Counted from the first letter of the stretch, positions 1 to 14,245 are shown. The stretch: 64,000 nucleotides of DNA from Octopus bimaculoides (GCF_001194135.2 NC_069003.1:37426076-37490075); one strand, 5' to 3'. Notes: a model not told the origin generated them from the letters alone. A program made the numbers and translations.

Positions 1-1049
1 CCTTCTTCTTAAGATTGTAAGGTGTGATTTGAGGGTAATTTAGCTGTTATTTCTAGCAGGTTGAGAGATGCTAATAATACTCTTTCCATGTTGTGCTTCA
101 GAAGAAGACCCAACAAGCCACATAAAATTGCAGTCATGGCAGATACTGGTGTCACACAAATGGCACCCATGCCACTGGTACGTAAAAGCACCCATTACAT
201 TCTCTGAGTGGTTGGCTTTTGGAAAGGCATCCAGCCATAGAAAACCATGTCAAATCAGACTGGAGTCTGGCGCAGCCTTCCAGCTAGCCAGCCCTGGTCA
301 ACGGATGCTAAATGAAGATGATGATGAGGATATCACCTTTAACTTTTTCTTGTTTTATCTGAGTTGATCCTAGTTTTCTATGTCTTTAAAGGATGTTGGA
401 GTTGTATGCAGTCCTTATCCTCACTGTAAATATTTCTTGCTTAGTCAATAAGTTTCTATGGTTGAGTTATATCCTGTCTCACTCTAACTCCACTCCACCT
501 AGATGTAATATAAATAAATCTTTATAGGTTTTGATGATGAGAATCCAGTTGTTTGATCAGCTGAACACCTAGGCTCATTGCATTCCACTGACATTTGTAC
601 TCTTAATAGAATTTGCATGATCCAGAGCTTTAAATTACAGTTCCAATTCCTCTGATGACTTTTTTCACAGGTTCCATCCACTCGGTTGACTCAGGGCCCT
701 GGTAAAAGGTGTCCAAGACATCTTTTAGTAGACAATCATTCAGTATATGTGGTCAGATTATACGCTAGAAACCACAGCAAAATCTCCTCCAAATCACACA
801 CTGTTGCCTTAAATAATGAAAGGACATATCAAGATAATGTTGTCCTAGATACCCCTTCAATACCTTTGATCAAAAGTTTTCTCATTCAGGGCTGATCCAG
901 GGTTCAGCTTTCTCATAACAACCCTTAATAAATTCAACCACATTTCATTACTTCTCAACAAACAAGCCTTTCTGTGATTGCTTCACTTGCTAAAAATCAC
1001 AGCCAATTCTCCTTCGACTTGAACCCTGTTGTCTTAACATTCTGGGGAA

Positions 1050-1400
1050 AAAAAAAATAGACGGGAGGATCATAGCTGGTCTCACGGTCACAAATTTAGG
1101 CAAGATAGTTACTGGTCTCTTTCCTTGGCTGCAAACGTTGCTTCAGTGTCACAAAACGTGCTTCATATGACATCAATACAGATTTGAGACCATGACCACC
1201 ATCCTTGAGTGAGCCAGTCTATGTCTTCATCGATGTTGAAATTTCCTGAAACACTGGGCAGCTTCTGAGTTCAAACATCTTCTCTCATGGTGACCGGTTC
1301 AGAAGGCTTTGGTAGGCACGAGGACAGTCACTGCAAAGGTGTCGAGGACAATACGCTTGTTGTCAGCTGAGAGTTCAGATGACCATTTTTTTTTCAACCT
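1050..1400 (-). mobile_element. Degenerate non-LTR retrotransposon fragment
   Basis: Minus-strand peptide KDGGHGLKSVLMSYEARFVTL resembles the post-RT 'R.EGGRGL.S' segment; many stops. Confidence 0.35.
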
Positions 1401-2367
1401 CTCGAGATACTTATTCCTTGTCCTCTGCGTTATGTGTAGGTGTGTGCGTGCAGAGAAGGTAAAACGACGAGCTTCTTAGATAAGTCCATTAGAAAGGTTC
1501 TCAACAATGATACAATAGGCTAAGGTCATTGAGAGAACTTGATGACCGGAAAAGAAATAAATTTTTTTTTAAATGGAAGTGGTGAAGCTGAAACCAGTGA
1601 AGACAGGACGATACACAAATCGCCTAACCAGCTGGCACTAGGGTGACTGGCCAAATAAAGTTGTGTATGGGAAAGGCGGGCATGATGGGATGGTCTACGA
1701 CCGCTGACTCCAAAAGGCATGATACATGAAAATCTAGCTACGCAGAGAGAGAGAGAGAAAGAGAGAGAGGGTGATGTAATTAAGCAAAACAAAACAATAA
1801 GCATCAAAAGCCATTTACTAAATTTGTCATTTAATTTCATGGATGAAATTAAAATTTTTTATAATGAACTGGAATGTTTTTGGCTTAGGTTGAACAGACA
1901 TTGCTTCCGTTGGTTAGCCAGATAGTCCGTTCTTAGACTATTTGGAGACAATATTGATTTTTGGGGGGAGATGTCGGTTCTCTCTTCGGATGAAGGACGA
2001 AAAGTCATGAAGCAGCTAAAATCGACAAATATATGCAAAATATTCAGGAACTGCGCATTTTCTTTCCTGTCATAAACTATAAATCTCGCTTTCCTACAGT
2101 TTTTGTTTTTTAATCAGCATCAGAATTATTAAATAAATAAAGCAAACAAGTTATCGAAACTCGAACGTTTCCCTCCATCGCTTCGACCGTTAAATGAAAG
2201 CGTCTCATCTCACGCGCATTCTTATTTACCTCCCTTGAACCATTGGACCCCGCTTTGCGCTCATACTCTTTCCCCGTCTCTATCCTCAATCTCCCTTCAC
2301 CTTTCTGCATCTATCTATCTGTCTGCCAATTATTTAACTAGCTCTCTCTCTATCTATCTATCTATCG

Positions 2368-2420
<53 letters not shown>

Positions 2421-5400
2421 CTGTTGCCCTTAACAACAAAATAACAAATACACATAAAATAAATAAAAAAAAACCATGATTCAATAAATAAATTTTAAAT
2501 AAAACGTTTGTCATTTTACGTTCAAATTACGTAAATATCAGACCCGTTTTTTATACTTTCCCTTCTTCCCATTTTTGTGGACAAGATTATTTATATTTAT
2601 TAATAATATTAATTTAGATATTTATAACTGAATTACACCATCAGTTGATAAACTCGGGAAAACATTTTAAAAAAAATTGAAAAAAAAAATCATTAGAAAT
2701 ATATCGAGAAAAATAGTCTTGTGGGGGAAAAAAATAACAATTTGAAACTTTCGGTAAGTTAACTTCTTGAAAGCTTGAATATTTTTCATATCCTTAAACA
2801 TATTATCATTACAACAATCATAATTATTGACAAATATTGTAACAATTAGCAAACTTTCAGGAGAGTTTTTATATAGATATTTTTGCTTTTTTAAATTTCT
2901 AGTCTTGATTTTTTTTTTTATTTTTCGCTTTCTAATCTCTCGTCTCTGAGAAGTGAGGACGCATGAATGAGGGCTATTATCGTTTAACCCCAGATAAATT
3001 AGTCTATGCAAAAAGACATTGTATCTACGACCATTCCATCCGTTTGTTCAAATAGCTATGTAATGTCTTCCTTTTTTTTTTTTTTTTTCGAATCCAGATA
3101 GAAAAGTCACAAGGGTTTTGTCCGGGGAAGGGTCCGAATCTCATAAATTAGTTGTGACTTTATTACCGGAAACCACAAACTGTGACTTTTTTTCCTAGCC
3201 AAAAATTGTGACTTTTTTTCCTAGCCANNNNNNNNNNNNNNNNNNNNNNNNNNNNNNNNNNNNNNNNNNNNNNNNNNNNNNNNNNNNNNNNNNNNNNNNN
3301 NNNNNNNNNNNNNNNNNNNNNNNNNNNNNNNNNNNNNNNNNNNNNNNNNNNNNNNNNNNNNNNNNNNNNNNNNNNNNNNNNNNNNNNNNNNNNNNNNNNN
3401 NNNNNNNNNNNNNNNNNNNNNNNNNNNNNNNNNNNNNNNNNNNNNNNNNNNNNNNNNNNNNNNNNNNNNNNNNNNNNNNNNNNNNNNNNNNNNNNNNNNN
3501 NNNNNNNNNNNNNNNNNNNNNNNNNNNNNNNNNNNNNNNNNNNNNNNNNNNNNNNNNNNNNNNNNNNNNNNNNNNNNNNNNNNNNNNNNNNNNNNNNNNN
3601 NNNNNNNNNNNNNNNNNNNNNNNNNNNNNNNNNNNNNNNNNNNNNNNNNNNNNNNNNNNNNNNNNNNNNNNNNNNNNNNNNNNNNNNNNNNNNNNNNNNN
3701 NNNNNNNNNNNNNNNNNNNNNNNNNNNNNNNNNNNNNNNNNNNNNNNNNNNNNNNNNNNNNNNNNNNNNNNNNNNNNNNNNNNNNNNNNNNNNNNNNNNN
3801 NNNNNNNNNNNNNNNNNNNNNNNNNNNNNNNNNNNNNNNNNNNNNNNNNNNNNNNNNNNNNNNNNNNNNNNNNNNNNNNNNNNNNNNNNNNNNNNNNNNN
3901 NNNNNNNNNNNNNNNNNNNNNNNNNNNNNNNNNNNNNNNNNCAACACGCTTACCATCTTTGACTCGCTCTTTTACATGTGTGAGAGTTTGGTGACTTTTA
4001 TGTTACACCAAAAGAAAAAAAAATTAAAACCCTGAAAGGTGACGCTGAAGAGTTTACGCTTCTAAAAAGACATTTTAGCAAAATGGTGGAACTTTATCAG
4101 ATTTTATTCCTTCACAGATCACATATACTTACGGCACTGCTGGTGGCGTAGCTAAAAGAGCAACGACTGTTCCTCCCAAGTACATTTTTCAAAATTGACA
4201 CCTTTTATAGAATGTATAATCGATGAGTTAATTGTTTGCTATGTGCTCGCTCTTCCTAACTTTAGAACCTGGTTATGCCCCTGGGCGCAACCACATGGAT
4301 ACTTGAGCAAACTAGGGAAATCTATATGTTATTGCTCGATCTATCAAAGATAGCCTTTAAATTCTCCTTCACGGCATACCCTACACTCATAAAAAAAACT
4401 ACGAAGGACACATTGGACGGTCTTTTCCATTTGATGTATTTCTTCCCATTTCCTTGAAAATCTCAACACAAATGGAGTTTTTCCAGGCCAATTACGAAAA
4501 TCACGATTCTTTGGAGAAATTAAACAAAAAAAGTTATGAACCTTTAAAGCTTGGGTAAACAAACATACAAAAATCCTGTCTCTTTCCATTGTTTCTGGTT
4601 AATCCCACTGGCTCCAGAACTGAGGGAATATTAATCTCAGCCAGGGCTACATTTTCTCTCATTAGATATTTTTTCAGTTTTAAAGGTTTTATAATTTTTT
4701 TAAATTAATTTTTTCGAAAAATATCTAAAACAAAAATGATGCCTTCCAAGTCATCATGGGATATTGAGGGATTCAAAAGCTTATTAAATTCTTCAAGAAA
4801 GGATTGCAATTTTTGTAATTGGTATGAAAAAGTTCAACTGCAAAGAATTTTTCCAAAGATTGAAAGGTGTGTGAAACCAAAACAAAAAAAATCTCACATA
4901 GGATGATGTTGTTCAAATATGTCTGAAGAAAAATAGAAGAAGAGACCGCTTTTGGTAACAGGTCTACTGGATCAGAGCTAAACAACAATCACTTCATGGC
5001 TATGGATGCTGCTGCTGCTACTACTACTGGAGCTTGTAAAGAGAAAGATTTCAGAGAAACCCATATAAAACTGAAGAACTTTAGGTCATCTTGGTGTTCA
5101 AACACAACACACAAATACACCAAGAGATCTGTGACAATGCAAACATGAAAATATGTCATTCATTGAAATTTGCAGCAGCAGAAGCTAATTATTTGCATCC
5201 TGAGAATGGAACATTTATTGCAAGCATCACCACCAGTTTTGTCCAAGAAGATAAAGTTAGGAGAATAATAGAAAGAAAGGAGAAGGAATGCAAAAGAAGA
5301 TTAATGCTGTTAAGGATCCGTTCAGACTATTGCAGATCAACAACAGCAAGAAAAAAAAAAACATGGGAGGAGATACCAGAGAAGTGATGTTCTGGGATTG

Positions 5401-6559
5401 GGAATGATGGTTAGTGTAGGGAAAGAGTGACAAGGGGTGGAATGATGAATGGGTCAGGGGTGCCTGAGTGATGGAATAAGAGACTAGTCTGTTCTAAGAA
5501 GCAGAGACCATTGCAGTAGAAAAGACAGAAAAGGAGAGGAGATAGCATGCCTGTTGGTGAGAGGCTGAAGAAGTTTGTCATTAATGATGGAAAGCCAATC
5601 AGCCAAGTGGCCCTTATCTAAATGTAGTCAAGATGCTAGTGTGCACAGCTACAACACTTGTCCCAGACGTGAGCACAGTGCTCGATTGTGGGTTTCACTT
5701 GAGCTTTGTAGAATGTCAACAGCTATTGGGGCTGAAATAGGTTTTAAAGCTATTGTAACGCCATGACACATCAACCTTCACCCATCATCATCATCACAAC
5801 ACATACCTCAATGAACAAAAATTACTTTCGTGAACTTCAAAAGAATTAAGGTTCATAGAACATAACAACACCTCAATGTAATGAGGAAGCCTACATTGTT
5901 ATTGCTCAAACTGATAGTAATAGCAGCCCAATCTTTGTAAAATGTCACTTCAAAAAAAAAAAAAGGACATGAATAATGTCATTGTAGATGTTCTTTAAAA
6001 AATGAGATGGTCATGCCTGGAATGGTTTTGATCTGCTTGATGAAAGGTGATCCATGGATAAACAACAATACCACAATCCTCATCAAAGACTCTTCAATGT
6101 TTATATTCAACAACAAGGGAGGGTTTCTAAAATCATGTCTCCAGGTCAATAAACTAATGACCATCTGAAATTATCCATTGGCACCATACACAACAGAAAT
6201 GAAATTCAGTTTCAAGAAACTAAGCAATGGATATAGACGAACAGGGAGCTGGCAAATATTTGTTTCCAACATAAATTACAAAACTAACAGGAAATTACTT
6301 ATACAAGCTAATTAATAACATCAACAAAGCCACACCACTTAACACGTTTTAATAAAAATCTCAGATTGCGCTCCAACAGGAAACAAATAGTCAGATATTT
6401 TTCAAAACTCAGTCATTAAAAGGTGGTGACACAAAATGTAAAATATGCCTGTTCTAACTTGAATATGACATCTACAACTTTGTGTTAGCAGAAAACTGAT
6501 AGAGCAATCCCCAAACTCAACTCTTGAGCACAAAGACCAGAAAGAAATCACTGACATCA

Positions 6560-7100
6560 AGATTTCTAGCTACACATACCAATACTTGTCAAATAGAATC
6601 TGTAAAAGGTAAAAATCATATCAGTTTTATACCTCAACAAAGGCCTAAATGAAGCAACATTACACAAATCCATCACTTAACTATGTGTGTCCTTAAAAAT
6701 TTTAGAAAAATTCAATCCTTGACAGCAATCATTTGCATGTTACTCAAACTTTACCATAATTTCAAGACTACTACTCTTCTCACAAAGCTCACCATTTCAA
6801 ACCATTTTTACTACCAGTGATATTAGCAAAACTTTTAACTTCATTTGTAACAACTTGACAAAAAGCATAACTTTTGTTGTTGGATAGTTAACTATGTCTC
6901 AGGTTTTGAAAATGCAATTTCCTAAAAAGTGCACCACAAGGCTCTGCATCCTTCCATTATTCCCAGATGCAGCTTCTTCACTTATCAGATCCTGCACAAA
7001 AACCCACTTGGTTCAAAGTAATGCTTTAAATAGTTCATTCCTACATGATCCTTCCTCACCAGTAACACCAAAGGACTTTCGTTACAACCTGCCATCAACA
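6560..7100 (+). mobile_element. Highly degenerate LINE RT fragment
   Basis: IS*KVHHKAL resembles the RT motif AFD.V.H.ALL; A-rich sense strand; many stops. Confidence 0.3.
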
Positions 7101-7128
7101 TAAAATAATGCATATGCACCTACAAATA

Positions 7129-7740
7129 TGAAGTGGTATCAAAAAGGTTCTTGGACTAATTATGATTAATAAAAAATAACTTATTTACCTAAGTTTTAAC
7201 ATCATCTCCTTCACAAAATAGTGACCTTGCACAGCAACACACTAGTCTCAGTGTTCCTACCGCTTTTATACTTTTCAAGTCATTTTCTGTAAGCAAGTCA
7301 AGGACCTACTGTGATTTGCTATGGATCTCGACAACAGTGTTAAAACAGCAACCTTTGAGTTGAATTTTCATCTCGGGGAAGAGATGGAAGTCTGCAGTGC
7401 CAAACCTGGTGAATAGGGGGAGTGCAGAAGTGATACCATGTTGTTTTTGGCAAGAAACTCACAAGTGAGGAGAACTCTGTGAAGAATTGAATTCTTCATA
7501 TTCCATAGCTCCAGCTGCTTTCACTGAACCCTTCAAAAGGTTGCAGTAGAACTCTCGATTGATGGTCTGGTCTTGGTGGGGGGGGGGAGTTCTTGATGCA
7601 CGATACCACAGATGACAAGAAAAACAATGAGCATGTTCTTGATTGAGCTGTGGCAGTTGCCTGCTTTGGAAGTGCCTGTCCCTCTCAAAACATTGCATAT
7701 GAACCACTGCCTTGTTGCCGTAAGCTTTCCAAAGGCTGTC
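7129..7740 (-). mobile_element. Mariner remnant (same family as 14738)
   Basis: TIR TGAAGTGGTATCAAAAAGGTTC after TA; minus peptide NREFYCNLL…. Confidence 0.7.
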
Positions 7741-8163
7741 TACATCTACTCATGACTAAATAGCTACCTAAAATAACTAATGAACGTATGGTACACACAA
7801 CCAGATCCTACTTGATCTGTGAGTGATGGCTAAACATTCAACAAGATGAAGGTTTGTCATGTCTGGAGCTTTGGATCTGTGTATTGGCCCTTAGGTTTTT
7901 TTTTTAGCTAATGATCTACTTATCATAGATATGGTCAGACATGCACTTACATCTACACACACACACACACACACACATGCATACAAATGCAACATCTCAT
8001 TTTTTTTTTTCGTTGTAAAAATACATTGTTCTAAACAACACATGTCAGCTTTCCTTTTTATTTTTTTGTGTTTTAATTATAGTGTAAAGAATCTGAAAGT
8101 AATTTGGTAAATATTTCTGAAAACTGACAGACTCCACATTCCATCAAAGAAACCAAAAGAAAT

Positions 8164-8200
8164 ATGGGTGTTGATGAAAATAACATGGATTTTATAGAAG
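8164..8200 (+). CDS. Repeat-exon gene, putative first coding exon (exon 8083-8200; MGVDENNMDFIE)
   Basis: Acceptor ttttaattatAG at 8081-82, in-frame upstream TGA at 8125, ATG at 8164, donor G|GTAATT at 8200/8201; phase 1 joins in frame to 10495. Confidence 0.5.
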
Positions 8201-8759
8201 GTAATTTCTTTGGCTCACTTTGTCTCTTTCTACTGCTTCTTTCTTTTATTCACTTGTCATCTTTTACTTGTTTCAGTCATTGGACTGTGGCCATACTGGG
8301 GCACTACCTTGAAGAATTTTAGTGAAAACAATCAGCCCCAGGACTCTTTTAGTAAACTTGGTACTTATTCTGTCAGTTTCTTTTGCCAAACTGTTAAGTT
8401 ATGAGGATGTAGACGGCATCACTGGTTGTCAGGTGGAATGAGGACAAACACAAAGACACACACACACACACACACACACATGCATATACAACAGGCTACT
8501 TTCACTTTCTCTCTACCATGCTATGGAAAATACTTGGCAAACTTGGATGTCCAGATCACTTTGTATCTATAATTAAATCATTTTATGATGGGATGGAAGC
8601 TTGAGTCAATGCTGGTGGTGGCATGGCAGGACCCATTCCTTGAGAGAATGGTGTCAAGCTGGTTGACATCCTTGCCCCAACTCTCTTTTCTTACTACGTT
8701 GCTGCTGCTGCTTTTACTCATGCTTTTGCTGAGGTTAGCTCTCTCGGAATATATGTCAG

Positions 8760-9810
8760 GTTATTGATCTTCTGGCTGCCTCTTTAATCTGTGTCAATTT
8801 GCTGCCAATTCAAAAGTTTTCCAGTCTATTATTCCTGACCTCCTTTATGCAGACGACTGTGACTCAGTCACTCATACAGTGGATAACGTGCAAATACTTA
8901 TGAATCATATTTCTGCTTCTTGTAAGGCATTTGGACTCAGCATTAGCCTGGATAAAACAGTTGTAATGTTCCAGTCTGCAACAGGAAATCCATATGTGGA
9001 ATCAGCTATCTTAGTTGAAGGAACAATTCTGAAAGTGGTCGACAAGTTTGTCTACCTGGGCAGCACACTCAGCCGTTCTTGCTCCCTGGATGATGAAATT
9101 ATCTTTCAGGCTGCAGAGAGCAACTGATTCCTTCTGGTCTCTTGAATCTTGTGTCTGGTCCCAGCATGACATCACAGGGTGAACAAAAATTGCTGTGTAC
9201 CATGCATGTGTATTGACATCACTCCTTTATTTGTGTAAGACATGGACCCTTTATAAACGTCATATCAGGGTCCTTGAATGCTTCCATCAGAGATGTATGA
9301 GACACATTCTGAATGTTGGCTGGACCTTGAAAACTCCAGATACACAGGTCCTGAGGACAGCCAATATCCTGAGTATTGAGGCAATGGTGCACAAAGACTG
9401 GTTACATTGGACTGGAGACTTTGTTAGAATGAATGATAGTAGGATCCCCGAACAGATGCTATATGGGGAACTTGTTAGTGGAAAGCAACCCTGGCAGAAG
9501 CCAACACTGTGATTTAAGGACCATGTAAAGACCTCATTAAAGGCCTGTGAAATGTGTGTGGGGGGGAGGGGTCTGACTGGGACAATAATGCTTGTCATCG
9601 CAACTGGTGGAGAAAACAGGTGAAGGAGGGAGTTGATACCTTTTGAAAGAGCACGTATTCTTCATGAAGAATTTAAGCATGCTGCTCGAAAATGCACTGC
9701 TAGTGTAATGAATGGGGAAAGCTTCGTCTGCAATATTTGAAGTCGTGTATGTTAGTCAAGAGCAGGCCTCATTAGTCATCAGTGGAGCCACAAGTGTAAA
9801 GTATAAGGGA
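8760..9810 (+). mobile_element. RTE-clade LINE 3' RT fragment (pseudogenised)
   Basis: LLYADD; FGLSISLDKT; FVYLGS; LLYLCKTWTLY; RIPEQMLYGEL. Confidence 0.9.
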
Positions 9811-10208
9811 GTTTTGAGTGCACAATGTTCCTAAAGGTCAGTAATGGTTTTTCTTGATCATGAATGGACGGCCATCATGTGTGTATGCATATGTATATAT
9901 ATGTATGTATATGTCCATTCCTTTGTTTGTCTATAGTCTGAAAAATTGATGTAGCTATATTAGTGTAACTTGGAGCAGTTTAACAAATAGAGATTAATAA
10001 ATGATGTACGAGATTGAAGAATAGGTTCTGGATATAAATCAATTAAAAAAAAATTAAATTTAAAATTAAATAGGTTCTTGATATAAATCAATTAAAGAAA
10101 ACAAACTTGAAGGCATAGCTCCAGCATGGCTGAAAATCCAGTGACTGGAAACTTTAAATGAATAAAGACTATAAACACACAGGCATGCACACATGCAAAC
10201 ACATGCAT

Positions 10209-10256
<48 letters not shown>

Positions 10257-10494
10257 ATTCAAATGATATAACTCTGTAACAACTGCCAGAAATTATGATT
10301 GCTTGTGCTAATTATATAGTTTAAATTTAAGAATCCTTAATTTTGTGTTGTCTTCTTATATGTATTATTAACAATAGTCGTTAATAAAGTTAAATACTCT
10401 GTTATGAATCTAACTCTAAAAAAGTATTAGGCCAAACAGTATCATGCTCTATTAGTCTTCTAATCATGGTATATCTCTTCATTCCTTCATTCAG

Positions 10495-10578
10495 ATAAAG
10501 AAATGAATGAAATACTTGACTCAGCCATTTCAGAGATGCTAGGAAGAATTAAGCGGTCACTCGAAGAAGAAATTCCAG
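10495..10578 (+). CDS. Repeat-exon gene exon 2 (DKEMNEILDSAISEMLGRIKRSLEEEIP), amphipathic helix
   Basis: ttccttcattcAG acceptor, CCAG|GTAAAT donor, 84 nt, phase 1-1, no stops. Confidence 0.7.
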
Positions 10579-11435
10579 GTAAATGAATTTTGTTGTACTC
10601 TTTTTAAAAAAAACATTTTTTAATGACTTATTTGAAGGAAGTAGGAAGGGAAGTAACCATGAGCTTTTGGTGGTCTGTAAGCTCTGGTGAGAAGAAGGGA
10701 AAAAAAAAGCTCTCCCCATACAGGAGATCTGAGCTGAATGCTTGCAACAGAGTGGAATTTTAGAGGCCAGATGATAAGAATGCTAAAATGAGCAATGGAT
10801 GGAGTCTTTTGGGAAATTTTCACACAGTACCTGTCTGTCAAATGTTGCTCAGAAGATTTGAGTTAATCCAAAGGACACTTGCCTAATTAGATGTGCCATG
10901 GGGCTGAACCAGAAATCATGCAACTATGAAACAAACCTATTAACTACATAGCTATGCCTGCTTTTCAAACACCAGTCAAGGGGGAAAGAATAAGTGGTTG
11001 AGAAATTGAGCTATTAGGGCATCGGTCACAAGTTCAAATCAGTTGTAAACTTTTTGCCATGCTTCTGGAAAGGGCACTTTAACTTCACCTGGTCCTTGGT
11101 TGCTATCAGCAAAGTACTCTCAATTGCAAACATTCACATTGAACCCTCAGTTCCTTTCTAGCCCATGTTTTGGTTAGTTATCAAATACATCATTCTCACA
11201 CAGCTGGGTAATATCTGGGCACTGTCTCTCATCCTCTAACTTATAGGATGTGTGGTTAGTCAACAAGAACTAATCGTTTCTATGTCAGGTCTTTAATTTC
11301 AGCTCGTAGTAATATACATTGTATACAGGCTGTTGGTCACAACATGCAATTAACTTTACTCTTATAAATGCAGAACTTAGTGATTTAGTAAAGAACAAAT
11401 AATCAGTGCTATTGTTTGATTTTCTTTAATTTCAG

Positions 11436-11693
11436 CCAAACCACTGCCACCAATGGTCCCCATACCCATACGAGAGGAAGAGCCACAAAAGTTAGCGAAA
11501 GTTCTTGAGGACTTAGGAGTACAGACAGATGCAGTAGCCATGGATGGTGAAAAGAAAATGCAGTACCAGATCAACATTCAGGAGCATGCACGCCCAGCAT
11601 GCTCACCACTCCATATCAACTTGAGCCTGCCTCCTCATACTTGCCCATCAACGCCACCATCCAGTTCTCCAGCTCCAGTTAAATCGACTGCAG
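11436..11693 (+). CDS. Repeat exon R1 (…LEDLGVQTD…YQINIQEH…PLHINLSLPPHTCP…)
   Basis: tttaatttcAG acceptor, G|GTAACT donor, 258 nt, phase 1-1, open frame; paralogous to later exons. Confidence 0.85.
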
Positions 11694-12204
11694 GTAACTA
11701 AAGTACAGGGTTCTCTATCTGATTGTTTCTACCTGATTGTCAGTTTGTCTGATTGTCTATTTGTTTGTCTGTCTGTTTGATCATCATCTGACTGTCATTT
11801 TTGTTTGTTTGATCCTCCGACTGCTCGTCTCTCTGACTGTCTCAGGGTTCTAACAGCCTAATTATCTCAACAGCCATCTGAAAGTCTCCCTATATTGGCT
11901 GTCTTTCCATCTAACTCTGTTCGATACCTTCAACTCTGCCTGCCTGCCTACCTACCTACCTACCTACCTACCTACCTACCTACTACATGCCTGTTTGTCT
12001 GTCTGTATGTCCCTCTGTATGTATGTATGTCTACTCGCCTGTCTGTCTGCTTATCCTTCAGTCTGTTTAATGAATTCATGAAGTGGAATAAATTAGTTTC
12101 CAGTGAGAAAGAGTTGTTTAATGTTTCAGGCAGGTCCCTTTGTCCGATTGAAATAATTGAGATCCATTCCTCACAACAAACTAGTTTACTTCCTTTTGTG
12201 AATC

Positions 12205-13200
12205 ATCATCATCATCATCGTTTAACGTCCGCTTTCCATGCTAGCATGGGTTGGACGATTTGACTGAGGACTGGTGAAACCGGATGGCAACACCAGGCTC
12301 CAGTCTAATTTGGCAGAGTTTCTACAGCTGGATGCCCTTCCTAACGCCAACCACTCAGAGAGTGTAGTGGGTGCTTTTACGTGTCACCCGCACGAAAACG
12401 GCCACGCTCGAAATGGTGTCTTTTATGTGCCACCCGNNNNNNNNNNNNNNNNNNNNNNNNNNNNNNNNNNNNNNNNNNNNNNNNNNNNNNNNNNNNNNNN
12501 NNNNNNNNNNNNNNNNNNNNNNNNNNNNNNNNNNNNNNNNNNNNNNNNNNNNNNNNNNNNNNNNNNNNNNNNNNNNNNNNNNNNNNNNNNNNNNNNNNNN
12601 NNNNNNNNNNNNNNNNNNNNNNNNNNNNNNNNNNNNNNNNNNNNNNNNNNNNNNNNNNNNNNNNNNNNNNNNNNNNNNNNNNNNNNNNNNNNNNNNNNNN
12701 NNNNNNNNNNNNNNNNNNNNNNNNNNNNNNNNNNNNNNNNNNNNNNNNNNNNNNNNNNNNNNNNNNNNNNNNNNNNNNNNNNNNNNNNNNNNNNNNNNNN
12801 NNNNNNNNNNNNNNNNNNNNNNNNNNNNNNNNNNNNNNNNNNNNNNNNNNNNNNNNNNNNNNNNNNNNNNNNNNNNNNNNNNNNNNNNNNTAATGTTCAG
12901 CTTTTCTCTCAAGATACTTACACTCTGACGGGTATTCACATTGACATTACACATCCAACGGAGCATACTGGCTTCATTCCTTGCGAGCTTACGTATGTCC
13001 TCAGCAGTTACAGCCCATGTTTCACTGCCATGTAGCATGGCTGTTCGTACGCATGCGTCATACAGTCTGCCTTTTACTCTGAGTGAGAGTCCCTTTGTCG
13101 CCAGCAGGGGTAAGAGCTCTCTAAACTTTGCCCAGGCTATTCTTATTCTAGCAGCTACACTTTCAGCGCACCCACCCCCACTACTAACTTGGTCGCCCAG
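12205..13200 (-). mobile_element. RTE-clade LINE 3' end spanning a gap
   Basis: MLHGSETWAVTAEDIRKLARNEASMLRWMCNV; (CAT)n tail. Confidence 0.85.
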
Positions 13201-14025
13201 ATAGTGAATGGTTTTGTATTTACCATTTGCTAGCCATCACTTGTTTTGGCAACCCTACCCTACTCTTCCCACAACCACTTCCCTCCCTCATTCTCATTGT
13301 CGTCCCTTCCTGCACAATGTCTCTCAATCATCTCTTCCTTTCTGTACCTTCAGCCCTTTCTTTCTCTCACTCCCTCCCCTCGCTCCCACACTCCATTCTT
13401 GACCCCTCTTATACCTGCTACCATTCTCCATACCCTCTCATATACATCATCATGCTCCACTAGACCTTTTGAACCTCTTTATCTCCACCCCTCCACTGCT
13501 CCTACACCTTGCACATCATTCCACTACTTTCTGATCTCTTCTCCTCCCTAATCCTAACCCTTACCTTCTCCACCTTCACCTTCATTCATTACTCACTACA
13601 TTCATCTCTACCCCCATCTCTAATCATCTGTTCTTCTCTCCTCACATCTTCTTATGCTCTGACATCTAGTCACAACCATCTCTATCTTCATTCCAGCTAT
13701 TCCCACTCGCATCTATGTAATGTGGGATTGCCATGTATCTCCCCTATTACAAGACACCTGGGCTTTCCCACCCCCTCAATATCCCTCCCTTGTTCTTTCT
13801 TGTCATGCAAGCTACCCGTTGACCTTATTAATGTTGGTGGCATGAAAAAAGCACCCAGTACACACAATAAAGTGGTTGGCATTAGGAAGGGTATTTAGCC
13901 ATAGAAATCATGCCTAAGTAGATACTGGAGTTTGACACAATCCTGTCAAACAACCAGATCCTGTAAAATCATCCAATCTATGCCAGCATAGAAAACAAAA
14001 GGTTAAACGACGACGATGATGATGA

Positions 14026-14071
<46 letters not shown>

Positions 14072-14245
14072 GTATGTATGTATACATTTAATAATAGAAA
14101 ACTTATACAAAAATGTATAATTACATGATGAGTAAAGCACTGGCACAGTTTAGACTACCTGTTGTTATATGTAGATTTACTTCAGAAACTAAACATGTCA
14201 TGCTTATTAAAATTCTAATACAAATTCCATCTCCTGCTTCATTAA

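Noticed and set aside
3228-3941. Long 'ORFs' spanning N-runs (also at 12437, 34668 and 45035)
   Set aside because: Artefacts of assembly gaps
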